Shown here: piece by piece, positions 17,087 through 27,550 of the stretch
Numbering within the stretch: position 1 is the first letter of the stretch
How the letters are laid out: each line of letters opens with the position of its first letter
From: Candidatus Limnocylindria bacterium
GTDB taxonomy: Bacteria > Chloroflexota > Limnocylindria > QHBO01
Reading direction: 5' to 3'
DNA: 46,822 nucleotides
Assembly (NCBI GenBank): GCA_046261895.1
Contig: JBHENV010000116.1
Span: forward strand, 1-46,822
Program-made: the position numbers and the translations under genes
The notes under the pieces: model-generated
What the model was told of the DNA's origin: nothing
The model's input: the letters and a program-made list of their open reading frames with translations, nothing else
The model's database searches: none

Positions 17087-19531
17087 CTATCGAAGCTCGG
17101 CGCCCAGGTGGTGCCGAAGTGAGCCCCGGACCTTGTTGAGCGCCTTCTCGACGCTCTTGACGTCACCGCTCTCCGCCGGCTGGAAGCGCAGCGCCAGCGC
17201 GTAGCTGACTCGGTCCGGCCCGATCTGAGGACCGCGGTACACGTCGAACAGGCGGAGCTCGCGGAGCGCCGGCCCCGCGCTCGCGCGTGCCACGCGCAGG
17301 AGCTCGCCAACCGGCGTCGTCTCGTCCAGGATCACCGCGAGGTCGCGGTCGATCGGCTGCGCGTCGACGACCGGGCGTACCCGGCGATCGCTCGGGACGA
17401 GGGCCAGCAGCCGCGCGAGGTCGATCGAGGCATCGATCGGCCGCCCCGAGAGGCCCCATGCCTTCACGACCAGTGGGTGGATCTCGCCGAGCGACCCGTA
17501 CGCTCGGCCCGAGGCATCGCAGACGAGGCCTGATCGTCCGGGGTGGCGGTGCGGATGGCGCCCCTCCGCTTCCTCCGCGCGGTAGCTCGGCCTTGCGGCG
17601 CCCAGGGCGTCATGGAGCGCATCGACGATGCCCTTCAGGTCGGCCAGGTCCACCTCCCGCTGGGGATCACCCGGAAAGCCGGCCGCGCCACCGCCGGCCA
17701 TGATCAGTCCGACCTCCCACGACTCGTAGCGGCCGGTGCCGGCCGACTCCGCGCGCCGCTCGCCCTCGGTCGGCGGGCCGGCGTGATGCCAGTACACCTT
17801 GCCGACGTCGAAGAGCCGAACGTCGGGGTGACGCCAGCGGACGTTTTCGGCGACTCCGTTCAGGAGGGAGGGGCCGAGGGTGGGCCGCAGGATGGCGTGG
17901 TCCTCGCTGAGCGGGTTGTAGAGCCGAATCAGCTCCGGGCCGTCGGCGTCGTGGCCCGTGCGTTCCAGGTCGGCGCGTCCGATGAGCGCATGGCTCACCA
18001 TCTCGTCCAGGCCGAGCCCGGCCAGGATGCGGCGCACCCGGTGGCGTGGCTCGCTGGGATCGGGGCGATAGGGTGCCACCGCGGCGCTCGGCAACCGGCC
18101 GGCAATCCGCTCGTAACCATGCGCACGCCCGATCTCCTCGGCGAGATCCGCGTCTGAGGTCACGTCGAGCCGGTGCGGTGGCACGACAGCAACAAACTCG
18201 TCGGGACCGCCGCCCACCTCGAACCCGAGCGGCCGGAGGAGCTCGACCACCCGCTGCGCAGTCAGGTCGATGCCGAGCAGGCGCGAGACGCGGTCGACGC
18301 TCATGCTGACCCGGGCGCGCTCCGGCGGCTCCGGGTCGTTGTCGACGATGCCCCGGCCGGCTCGCGCACCGGTGAGCTCCGAGATGAGCCCGGCCGCCCG
18401 ATCGAGAGCGAACCGAGGCAGGTCGCTGCCGATCCCCTTCTCGTGGCGCATGCTGGCCTCCGACCGCAATCCGAGCCGCCGAGCCGTGTTGCGCACCGTG
18501 GGGCCATGGAAGATGGCCGACTCGAGGATGACGTTGGTCGTCTCGACGCCGACCTCGGTGGAGGCACCGCCCATGATGCCGGCCAGGCCGATCGCGCCCT
18601 CCCGATCGGCGATCACCAGCATGCGCTCGTCCAGGAGCCGCTCGACGTGATCGATCGTGGTCAGCCGCTCGCCTGGATGGGCACGGCGAACGACGATCCG
18701 GCCCGCCGGAACCGCGCCGGCGTCATAGGCATGCATCGGCTGTCCCAGCTCGTGCATCACGTAGTTGGTGACGTCCACGACGGCGCTGATCGGCCGCACC
18801 CCGACGGCCAGCAGGCGCTGCTGCATCCATGCGGGCGACGGTCCGTTGCTCACGCCACCCAACCAGCGCGCAGCGAAGCGCGGATTCAGCTCGGGCGCCT
18901 CGATGCGGACCGAGACGTGGCCGTCCGTCGGCTCGTCTGCCTCGGGCACGGTGGCGGGCGGCAGCGTCAGCGCTCCGCCCGTGAAGGCGGCGATCTCGCG
19001 GGCGAGGCCAACCATCGACAGCGCATCGCCGCGGTTCGGCTTGACGTCAACGTCGAGCACCGTCTCGCCGACACGATCAGCCAATGGCGTCCCGAGTGCG
19101 ATCTCGTCTCCGTGGCCGAGGATATGGATGCCGTCGGCATCGGTTCCCAATCCGAGCTCGATGGCGCTGCACAGCATCCCGTTGCTGACGACGCCGCGGA
19201 TCTTGCTGCGCTCGATCGTCCGATCGCCCGGCAGCACGGCGCCGACGAGCGCCGCGGGCACCAGCTGGCCGACCTCCAGGTTCTGAGCTCCGCACACGAT
19301 CTCCAGCTCACCGCCGGCCGCGCCCACGTCCACCCTGGCCAGCCAGAGCGTGTCGGCGTTCGGATGACGGTTCACCTCCATCACGCGGCCGACGACGACA
19401 TCGGTCCAGTCGGTTCCGACCGTCTCGATGCTGCTGACCTCCATGCCCCGCATCGTCAGCTCGTCGGCAAGGTCGCGCGGCGCCAGATCGACCGCGACGT
19501 ACTCGCGCAGCCAGGAGAGGGGGACGCGCAC
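17087..19531 (-). CDS. pheT: phenylalanine--tRNA ligase beta subunit
   Basis: GTG 19531 lies 1 nt after the pheS stop. Sequence: VRVPLSWLREYV...tRNA-binding domain VVGRVMEVNRHPNADTLWLARVDVG, then B3/4, B5 and FDX-ACB domains (ALRFQPAE..D..VEKALNKV). Confidence 0.95.
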   Translation of the reverse strand: MRVPLSWLREYVAVDLAPRDLADELTMRGMEVSSIETVGTDWTDVVVGRVMEVNRHPNADTLWLARVDVGAAGGELEIVCGAQNLEVGQLVPAALVGAVLPGDRTIERSKIRGVVSNGMLCSAIELGLGTDADGIHILGHGDEIALGTPLADRVGETVLDVDVKPNRGDALSMVGLAREIAAFTGGALTLPPATVPEADEPTDGHVSVRIEAPELNPRFAARWLGGVSNGPSPAWMQQRLLAVGVRPISAVVDVTNYVMHELGQPMHAYDAGAVPAGRIVVRRAHPGERLTTIDHVERLLDERMLVIADREGAIGLAGIMGGASTEVGVETTNVILESAIFHGPTVRNTARRLGLRSEASMRHEKGIGSDLPRFALDRAAGLISELTGARAGRGIVDNDPEPPERARVSMSVDRVSRLLGIDLTAQRVVELLRPLGFEVGGGPDEFVAVVPPHRLDVTSDADLAEEIGRAHGYERIAGRLPSAAVAPYRPDPSEPRHRVRRILAGLGLDEMVSHALIGRADLERTGHDADGPELIRLYNPLSEDHAILRPTLGPSLLNGVAENVRWRHPDVRLFDVGKVYWHHAGPPTEGERRAESAGTGRYESWEVGLIMAGGGAAGFPGDPQREVDLADLKGIVDALHDALGAARPSYRAEEAEGRHPHRHPGRSGLVCDASGRAYGSLGEIHPLVVKAWGLSGRPIDASIDLARLLALVPSDRRVRPVVDAQPIDRDLAVILDETTPVGELLRVARASAGPALRELRLFDVYRGPQIGPDRVSYALALRFQPAESGDVKSVEKALNKVRGSLRHHLGAELR

Positions 19532-19532
19532 C

Positions 19533-20612
19533 TCAGCGGCCCTCCGCGAACTGGGTCGCGAACCGGGCGTCCGCACTGAAGAAGAGCCGGATGTCCCCGA
19601 TGCCGTGACGGAGCATCGTCATCCGGTCGGGGCCCATGCCGAATGCGTAGCCCTGGAACACGGCAGGATCGAAGCCGCCGTCGCGCAGCACCGTCGGGTG
19701 GACCATCCCGCCGCCGAGGATCGTCATCCATCCCGAACGCTTGCAGGCCGGGCAGCCGGCGCCACCGCAGACGAGGCAGCCGATGTCGAACGCGACGCTC
19801 GGCTCGGTGAACGGATAGTAGCCGGGGCGGAATCGCGTGCGGACCTCGCGGCCATAGAGGGCGCGAGCGATCTCCTCGAGCATCCCCTTTAGGTCCGCCA
19901 GGCTCGTGTCGTGGTCGATGACGAGCCCCTCGACCTGGAAGAATTCGAATGCGTGGCTGGCGTCCACCGCCTCGTAGCGGAAGCAGCGGCCCGGCGTCAG
20001 CACCCGGATCGGCGCTTCGAGCGCCTGCATCGCGCGCACCTGGACCGGGCTCGTATGCGTCCGCAGGATCGTGCCGTCCCTTGCCGGCTCCGGCCGTCCC
20101 GCCTCGACGCTACCCGGCTCGGCGACATAGAGCGTGTCCCACAGGTCCCGGGCGGGATGGTCGGGCGGAATGTTGAGGAGCTCGAAGTTGTACTCCTCCG
20201 TCTCGACCTCGGGTCCCTCGAAGACCTCAAAACCGAAGGCATGGAGGATCTCGCGCAGGTCGCGCATGAGCGCTTGCACCGGGTGCAGGTGACCAACCTG
20301 CACCGGGCGTCCCGGCGCGCTCATGTCGATCACCTCCGATGCCAGGCGTCGTTCCACGTCGCCGCGCCGGAGCTCCTCCAGCCGATCACCAATGGCGGAT
20401 TCGAGCTCGCGTCTCACCTCGTTTGCGCGCTGGCCGATGGCCGGGCGCTCCCCTGCCGGCACCGTTCCCAGCTGGCGGAGGAGGGCCGTCAACGTCCCGG
20501 ACCGACCCAGCAGCTCGTGTCGGAGCCGATCGACCGCATCGGCGTCAGCAGCCGCTGCCAGGGCTTCCCGGGCCTCCGCGCCGATGTGCTCGAGGTCGTC
20601 CGAGATCGTCAT
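19533..20612 (-). CDS. pheS: phenylalanine--tRNA ligase alpha subunit
   Basis: 359 aa: HPV......L..I....GF.V..GPEVE.E.YNFE.LN.P.DHPARD..DT, LRTHTSPVQVR, RCFR.E..DA.H...FHQ.EG, and GGGMVHP.VL. Class II motifs. Confidence 0.95.
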   Translation of the reverse strand: MTISDDLEHIGAEAREALAAAADADAVDRLRHELLGRSGTLTALLRQLGTVPAGERPAIGQRANEVRRELESAIGDRLEELRRGDVERRLASEVIDMSAPGRPVQVGHLHPVQALMRDLREILHAFGFEVFEGPEVETEEYNFELLNIPPDHPARDLWDTLYVAEPGSVEAGRPEPARDGTILRTHTSPVQVRAMQALEAPIRVLTPGRCFRYEAVDASHAFEFFQVEGLVIDHDTSLADLKGMLEEIARALYGREVRTRFRPGYYPFTEPSVAFDIGCLVCGGAGCPACKRSGWMTILGGGMVHPTVLRDGGFDPAVFQGYAFGMGPDRMTMLRHGIGDIRLFFSADARFATQFAEGR

Positions 20613-20760
20613 GACCGCCGTGGCCCGATGCCATCAGCGGTCCGTCGCGCAGCGAGAATGTCATGTGGTCGTGGAGTCGCGCTGCACGAATGATGTCTGA
20701 TGCACGCGTGGGTCACGAGGGTTGAAGAGTGGCTCATCGGTCCGTTATCCATCATCGGTG

Positions 20761-20825
20761 AAAACGAAGGACCCCGCCCCGAATCCGGGACAGGGTCGGC
20801 GGCGACCGGCGACGGGTGTCGCCGG
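20761..20825 (-). terminator. terminator-like hairpins immediately after rplT
   Basis: Minus strand: ccggcgac-accc-gtcgccgg (8-bp stem, 20806-20825) directly after the rplT stop. A second, imperfect GC hairpin follows, then cttcgtttt (the T-run corresponds to 20761-20766). Confidence 0.5.
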
Positions 20826-21185
20826 TCAGCTGGTAAAGGAGGCTTTCGCGGTCTGCACCATGGCCGCGAAGGCGGCCGGCTCGCGGACGGCCATGTCGGC
20901 CAGGATCTTCCGGTCGACCTCGACGCCGGCGGCCTTCAGCCCGGCGATGAACCTGCCATACGGCACGCCCTGCAGTCGAGCCGCGGCGTTGATGCGCTCG
21001 ATCCACAGGCGTCGCATGTCGCGCTTGCGGTTGCGGCGATCGCGATAGGCGTAGACGAGGGCATGGATGAGCGCCTCGCGTGCCGGGCGCACGAGTGTCG
21101 AGCGCGTGCCACGGCGGCCTTCCGCCCGGTCGAGCAACCGCTTGTGACGCCTGTGCGCGGCAACGCCGCGCTTCACTCGGCTCAT
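20826..21185 (-). CDS. rplT: 50S ribosomal protein L20
   Basis: [22 protein letters not shown]......R.A.EA...AL.YAYRDRR.RKRD.RRLWI.RINAAAR..G..Y..FI.GLK.AGVE.DRK.LAD.AV. Confidence 0.97.
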   Translation of the reverse strand: MSRVKRGVAAHRRHKRLLDRAEGRRGTRSTLVRPAREALIHALVYAYRDRRNRKRDMRRLWIERINAAARLQGVPYGRFIAGLKAAGVEVDRKILADMAVREPAAFAAMVQTAKASFTS

Positions 21186-21188
21186 CGG

Positions 21189-21398
21189 CTACGTACCCTT
21201 GCCCGCGTACGGCATGAGGCGCTCGAGCTGCGCGGTGTGGGTCTTGGGGACCAAGGCAACGCCGTCATAGCGCCGCGTCCGGCGGCTCGATTTGATCTCG
21301 AGGTGGTGGCCACGCCAGGCCTTCGGACGGACCCACTTGCCGGATCCTGTCTTCCGATAGCGCTTGGCCGTTCCCTTGTGGGTCTTCATCTTCGGCAT
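21189..21398 (-). CDS. rpmI: 50S ribosomal protein L35
   Basis: 69 aa from ATG 21398: [43 protein letters not shown]. Confidence 0.97.
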   Translation of the reverse strand: MPKMKTHKGTAKRYRKTGSGKWVRPKAWRGHHLEIKSSRRTRRYDGVALVPKTHTAQLERLMPYAGKGT

Positions 21399-21402
21399 GT
21401 GG

Positions 21403-22065
21403 TTACGATCCCTGATGTGCCGGTGCCTCGCTCGACGCCGGAGCGGCCGGCTCGCGCTGCGGAACCGGGCTCTTGGCGGCGATCGCGTCACCGATGGTGT
21501 CGCCGGCATCCGCGGAGCTGCCCGCCTCGCCGTTCTCGCTCTTCTTTTCCGCTCGCTTCTCGACCGGCGCCAAGACGATGTACATGCTGCGACCCTCGAG
21601 CAGAGGCTGCCGCTCGATGGTCCCGTGCTCTGACAGCACCTCGGCAGTCCGCATCAGCAGATCCCGTCCGAGATTGGAGTGGCTGATCTCGCGCCCGCGA
21701 AAGCGGACCGTGACCTTGACCCGATCCCCCTTGTCGAGGAATTCGGCCGCTCGTCGTGCCTTCGTCTTGAGGTCATGGACGTCGATCTTGACGGCCAGGC
21801 GAACCTCCTTGAAGGTCTGCGACTTCTGCTTCTTCTTCTGTTCGCGCTCGCGCTTCTGCAGCTCGTACTTGTATTGGCCGTAGTCGAGGATGCGGCAGAC
21901 CGGCGGGACCGCGGTGGGCGCCACCTCCACGAGGTCGAGCCCCTTCTCCTGTGCGAGTGCGAGCGCCTCTGCGGTGGGCATGACACCCAGCTGCTCACCC
22001 TCATCGTCGATGACCCGCACCTCTCGGATGCGAATCAGCTCATTGATGCGGAGGTCCCTTGCCAG
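21403..22065 (-). CDS. infC: translation initiation factor IF-3, probable non-AUG/GUG start
   Basis: The conserved N-terminus [23 protein letters not shown] extends upstream of the first GTG (22020). Between the in-frame stop (tga 22083-22081) and the GTG at 22020 the only candidate starts are CTG 22065, ATC 22047, ATT 22035 and ATC 22029. AAGGAGAG (22081-22074) sits about 10 nt before CTG 22065. The 5' end is uncertain within 22020-22065. Confidence 0.88.
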   Translation of the reverse strand: MARDLRINELIRIREVRVIDDEGEQLGVMPTAEALALAQEKGLDLVEVAPTAVPPVCRILDYGQYKYELQKREREQKKKQKSQTFKEVRLAVKIDVHDLKTKARRAAEFLDKGDRVKVTVRFRGREISHSNLGRDLLMRTAEVLSEHGTIERQPLLEGRSMYIVLAPVEKRAEKKSENGEAGSSADAGDTIGDAIAAKSPVPQREPAAPASSEAPAHQGS

Positions 22066-22081
22066 CTTCCGTGCTCTCCTT

Positions 22082-22175
22082 CAACAACAAGGCCACCTCA
22101 CCGCTCACGGACGGGTGGCCCTGCAACGTACGCGAAATGCCGGCGGATGATACACCGAAATCGAGGAGCGGTCAA
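22082..22175 (-). promoter_or_regulatory. infC operon promoter (TTGACC-17-TATCAT) and leader with terminator-like hairpin
   Basis: Minus strand: TTGACC (22175-22170), a 17-nt spacer, TATCAT (22152-22147). The leader hairpin GGCCACC...GGTGGCC (22120-22091) is followed by TTGTTGTTG (22090-22082), directly abutting the Shine-Dalgarno. Confidence 0.5.
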
Positions 22176-22537
22176 CGCGGATAGTCGTAGAAGATCGCGA
22201 CCTGGCGACCGTCCGGATCCGCGACGCGGAAGCTGCGGCTCCCCTCCCAGCGGTCACCCGACGGCGGCGCGATGAGCGCGAAGCCACGCCGGGCTAGCTC
22301 CTGCGCCCAGGCGTCCACCTCCGAGGCGGTGTCCACCTTGAACCCGATCTGGAGCCCGTCGCGCGTCGGCTTCTCGCCCTGCCGGAAGCTCAGCTCGAAG
22401 CCGCCGGACTCGAGATCGACCGCGCCCTCGGCGGACGCGATGCGCCGAAAGCCGAAGGCCGCTTCGTAGAACTCGGCAACGCGCGTCGGATTGGTGGAGA
22501 GGAGCGCCAGCTGGCCGACGCCGCGCATCTTCCTCAT
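22172..22537 (-). CDS. VOC (glyoxalase/bleomycin-resistance/dioxygenase) family protein
   Basis: 121 aa: GVGQLALLSTNPTRVAEFYEAAFGF..., FELSF..., GLQIGFKVD...VDAWAQELARRGF....P......GSRSFRV.DPDGR.V. Confidence 0.8.
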   Translation of the reverse strand: MRKMRGVGQLALLSTNPTRVAEFYEAAFGFRRIASAEGAVDLESGGFELSFRQGEKPTRDGLQIGFKVDTASEVDAWAQELARRGFALIAPPSGDRWEGSRSFRVADPDGRQVAIFYDYPR

Positions 22538-22608
22538 CGCCTATGTCTCGACCGGTCGTAGATCCGTCTGCATAGCGTCAACCAGGTTCGCGGATGAGGG
22601 GACCAGGC

Positions 22609-24417
<1,809 letters not shown>

Positions 24418-24444
24418 GCGCCGAAGGGTAGCGCATGCCGGGCG

Positions 24445-24651
24445 TCAGGTCCGCGGGTCGTCGTCCGATGGGTGCGGTGGCGGGCCGCCCGGCATGCCGG
24501 TCTCGGGGACCGGATCGTCCATGTCGCCCGTCGGTGGCGTCACGCCGCTCCCGCCGGGATAGGCGTCGTCACCGATCGGGTCCCCGGCATCGCGGTCCGG
24601 TCGATCGTGCGGGCCCTGCCCGGGCCCCTGGAGATCGGGTGTTCGTTCCAT
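24445..24651 (-). CDS. small Asp/Pro/Gly-rich hypothetical protein (68 aa), weakly supported
   Basis: MERTPDLQGPGQGPHDRPDRDAGDPIGDDAYPGG...PPPHPSDDDPRT. Third positions are G/C-rich, and the competing plus-strand ORFs are Arg-rich shadows. It ends 27 nt upstream of the thrS start. Confidence 0.3.
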   Translation of the reverse strand: MERTPDLQGPGQGPHDRPDRDAGDPIGDDAYPGGSGVTPPTGDMDDPVPETGMPGGPPPHPSDDDPRT

Positions 24652-24773
24652 GCCACTCTCTGTGCAAGTCGCAATCCACCGCTACCGCTCGACGATCGGG
24701 CGTACCTCGATCACGTGCTGGTGGGTGGGTTCGCGCCTGCGACGAACCGTGACTGGCCGGATCGACATCCCCC

Positions 24774-25295
24774 TCAGACGCGCTTCATCTGCTCGAACGG
24801 CTGACGGCAGTCGGCGCAGTGGTAGATGGCGCGGCAGAGGGTGGGGCCGAACGGGTTCTCGAGCGCGGTGTTGCGCGAGCCGCAGTACGGGCATTCGGCG
24901 ATCGGCAGCACCGCCAGCTCGTCCAGCCCCGAAGCGGCCTCCGGGATGGCAGGACCCACCGGTGGGGGCGCGAATCCGGAGAGGCGAAGCCGCTCGCGGC
25001 CGGCGGGCGTGATCCGCTCGCTCGTCCACGGGGGGCGGAAGGTCACGGCGACGTCGACCGCATCCACCAGCTCCAGCGCGCCGACCCGTTCCTCGATCCG
25101 CTGCCGCATGACCTCCACGGCGGGGCAGCCGATGAAGGTGGGCAGAAGCTCGATTCGAGCCAGCCCCTCACGGACCGACACGGAGCCGATCACGCCGAGG
25201 TCGACCAGGCTGATGGCCGGGATCTCGGGATCGGAGATGCGCGCCAGCTCAGCCCAGATCGGCGCCGCGCGGAGGTCGCCTGCCTGGGTCACCAC
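24774..25295 (-). CDS. paaD: 1,2-phenylacetyl-CoA epoxidase subunit PaaD
   Basis: ISDPEIPAISLVDLGVI....V.......IEL.PTF.GCPA.E.M...I, and a C-terminal Cys cluster CPYCGS.NT...N.FG.T.CRAIYHC..C.QPFE..K. Confidence 0.9.
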   Translation of the reverse strand: MVTQAGDLRAAPIWAELARISDPEIPAISLVDLGVIGSVSVREGLARIELLPTFIGCPAVEVMRQRIEERVGALELVDAVDVAVTFRPPWTSERITPAGRERLRLSGFAPPPVGPAIPEAASGLDELAVLPIAECPYCGSRNTALENPFGPTLCRAIYHCADCRQPFEQMKRV

Positions 25296-26089
25296 CGGGC
25301 CTCCCGGTCGGCGGCCCCGACCATCGTGAGCTCGCCGTGCAGCCAGCCGAAGTCATCGGTCCTGGTGGCCCGGCCGTCGGGAGATGGAGCGGCATCGGGC
25401 AGCGCGCCGACGATCGGCTCGAGTACCGGACGGACTACGCCCAGCCACTCGGCGTGCAGCGCGGACATCCGTTGCGGAAGGATGCCTGCCCGCATGAGGG
25501 TCTCCTCACCGCCGAGCGGCGCGAACACCTGCTGTGCGTCGGGCCAGAGCCGGCCCAGCGCCTCCGCGAGCCGCTGACGAACGTCGTGGTCGCCACCGGC
25601 AAGGCGGCTCAGCCAGGCATCGGCATGCATGCGGTGATAGGTCTCCTCGCGCCGCATCTTGCCGGCCAGCACCGCGAGCGGCTCGCACGTGCTGGTGGCG
25701 AGGGCCGCCAGCCGGACCGCATCGGCGGTCTCGTAGAGCCAACGCCTGGCGACGCTGAAGGCCCAGTCGCCACGTCGATGATTGAGCAGCGCCGCGTGGC
25801 GGTAGGCATCGGCCTCGCGACCGTAGGCGATGCGGTCCGCATCGTCGCCGGTGAGGGTGGCGAGCAGCTCGTAGATGGCACGGGCGTGGCCGATCTCGTC
25901 CTGGGCGATCGAGCTCGTCGCCACGTCCTCCTCGAGCATCGGCGCGATCCCGGTCCATTCCGAGTCCCACGAGCCGATCACGAACTCGTCATCCGCAACA
26001 CTGAGCAGTAGCTCGGCAAGGGCGTCGCGGGCGGCGACGTCGAGCTCGCGCATGACCTGGCCGGTCCCGTCCGCCTGCGGTCCGGTCAT
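25289..26089 (-). CDS. paaC: 1,2-phenylacetyl-CoA epoxidase subunit PaaC
   Basis: 266 aa from ATG 26089: LLSVADDEFVIGSWDSEWTGIAPMLEEDVATSSIAQDEIGHARAIYELL..., RREETYHRMHADAWL.RL. The start is uncertain (an alternative ATG lies 12 codons downstream). A 154-nt gap separates it from paaB. Confidence 0.85.
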   Translation of the reverse strand: MTGPQADGTGQVMRELDVAARDALAELLLSVADDEFVIGSWDSEWTGIAPMLEEDVATSSIAQDEIGHARAIYELLATLTGDDADRIAYGREADAYRHAALLNHRRGDWAFSVARRWLYETADAVRLAALATSTCEPLAVLAGKMRREETYHRMHADAWLSRLAGGDHDVRQRLAEALGRLWPDAQQVFAPLGGEETLMRAGILPQRMSALHAEWLGVVRPVLEPIVGALPDAAPSPDGRATRTDDFGWLHGELTMVGAADREARW

Positions 26090-26243
26090 CCACCGGCCCC
26101 ATGGGCGCGAGGCGGGCCAATCAGCACCGACCTCGTCGGATACCAGTGGGAGCGATGCCAGAGGGACGTTTGGCGAAGTCGCCCCATTCGGCGCGGCCGG
26201 GCACCGCCGCGATCGGTACCTGGCGAAGTTGCGTCCACCGGAG

Positions 26244-26540
26244 TCATTTGGGGTCTCCACCGGCGCGGGCCCTGGCCGCATCCAGCTTGTGCTTGATGAG
26301 GTAGCCCCCCGGCTTCTTGTGCGACCGATCGAAGGGCGGCTTCAGGAGATCCGGGTCGTCGAGCTCCGTGATCCGGTCGCGTGCCACGATCCAGAGACGG
26401 TGCGACTCGCCACGCCGGCCGTAGAACTCTCGGGCGTAGTGCATCGCGAGCTCCTCGTCCGGCGCGTTTACGTTGCCGGCGTGCACCATCGGATCACCCT
26501 CGTCCTCCTGGCGGAAGACCTCCCAGATGCGTTCCGTCAC
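26244..26540 (-). CDS. paaB: 1,2-phenylacetyl-CoA epoxidase subunit PaaB
   Basis: 98 aa: WEVF.Q......MVHAG.V.APD.E.A...ARE.Y.RR.E...LWIV.R..I. Confidence 0.9.
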   Translation of the reverse strand: MTERIWEVFRQEDEGDPMVHAGNVNAPDEELAMHYAREFYGRRGESHRLWIVARDRITELDDPDLLKPPFDRSHKKPGGYLIKHKLDAARARAGGDPK

Positions 26541-26552
26541 GTGGTCACCGCC

Positions 26553-27512
26553 TCAGGCGGCGGCCGTCGCCGCTCCCAGGAGGGCGTCGCGGACCCATTG
26601 CGTCTCCGCGTAGTTGACGCGGCGGAACTCGAGCCGCTCCTGCGACGCGGGTCCGTGACCGGTGACCACCGACTTGAGCTCCGCCCAGTCCGGCTCGGTG
26701 TACTGCCAGCGCCCGGCGGCTTCGTCGTACAGCAGATTCGGGTCGGGGATCTGCAAGCCCAGCTCACGGATGCGCGGCACGTAGATCGACAGGAATTCCT
26801 GCCGCAGCTGCTCGTTGTTCTTGGCCTTGATGCCCCAGTGCAGGTCCTTGTCCTTGGCCGGGTCGGTCGGCGGACCGTGCATCTGCATGAGCGGACCCCA
26901 CCATCGGTCGAGCGCCTCCTGGACCATGGCGCGCTGCTGCTCGGTGCCGTTCATCAGCGTCAGCACGACATCGCGCCCGTGCATGATGTGGACGGACTCC
27001 TCCCAGCAGATCTTTTTCATCGTGCGCGCGTAGGGCGCGTAAGAGGAATCACGCAGGGCCTGCTGGCTGACGATCGCTGCCGCGTCCACCAGCCAGGCGA
27101 TGATTCCCACGTCCGCCCACGAACGCGTCGGGTAGTGGAAGACGTTGTGGAACTTCGTCTTGCCGGCCAGCAGGTCGGCCAGCATCTCGAAGCGCGGCTT
27201 GCCGAGATCCTCCGCGACCCGATAGAGCAGCTGCGCGTGCCCGACCTCGTCCTGGATCTTGCTCGTCAGCGCCAGCTTGCGGCGCAGGTTTGGCGCTCGC
27301 ATGATCCAATCGCGCTCTGGCAGCACCCCCATGAGCTCCGAGTTGGCGTGCATCTCGACGAACTTGAGCACCGCTGCCCGGTACTCGTCGGGGAGCCAAT
27401 CGCCGGCCTCCACCTTGCCGCCCGCACCGACATGCGCATAGAAAGCGTCGGCGTCGCCGGCGGCATACGGCGGACGTCCGTTCAGTGGCTGGATCGTATC
27501 GGCGTCGTTCAT
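26553..27512 (-). CDS. paaA: 1,2-phenylacetyl-CoA epoxidase catalytic subunit PaaA
   Basis: 319 aa from ATG 27512: di-iron ligand regions NSELMG...QDEVGHAQLLY and EESVHIMHG. Also KIQDEVGH and PYARTMKKICWEE. Confidence 0.9.
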   Translation of the reverse strand: MNDADTIQPLNGRPPYAAGDADAFYAHVGAGGKVEAGDWLPDEYRAAVLKFVEMHANSELMGVLPERDWIMRAPNLRRKLALTSKIQDEVGHAQLLYRVAEDLGKPRFEMLADLLAGKTKFHNVFHYPTRSWADVGIIAWLVDAAAIVSQQALRDSSYAPYARTMKKICWEESVHIMHGRDVVLTLMNGTEQQRAMVQEALDRWWGPLMQMHGPPTDPAKDKDLHWGIKAKNNEQLRQEFLSIYVPRIRELGLQIPDPNLLYDEAAGRWQYTEPDWAELKSVVTGHGPASQERLEFRRVNYAETQWVRDALLGAATAAA

Positions 27513-27550
27513 GACGGTCCAAGGGTACTGCAAGACCGATACGCGGGCGC

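Noticed and set aside
20613-20760. Possible pheST attenuator or leader peptide (pheM-like), or a T-box, between rplT and pheS.
   Set aside because: The only small ORF (48 codons, MMDNGPMSHSS...) contains no Phe run. I found no T-box consensus (..GGTGGTACCGCG..) here or upstream of thrS or tyrS. The hairpins sit right after rplT and are better explained as its terminator.
26090-26243. 154-nt gap between paaB and paaC as a possible regulatory RNA or small ORF.
   Set aside because: No clear hairpins, promoter hexamers or Shine-Dalgarno-preceded ORF were seen. It may simply reflect an unrecognised upstream paaC start.
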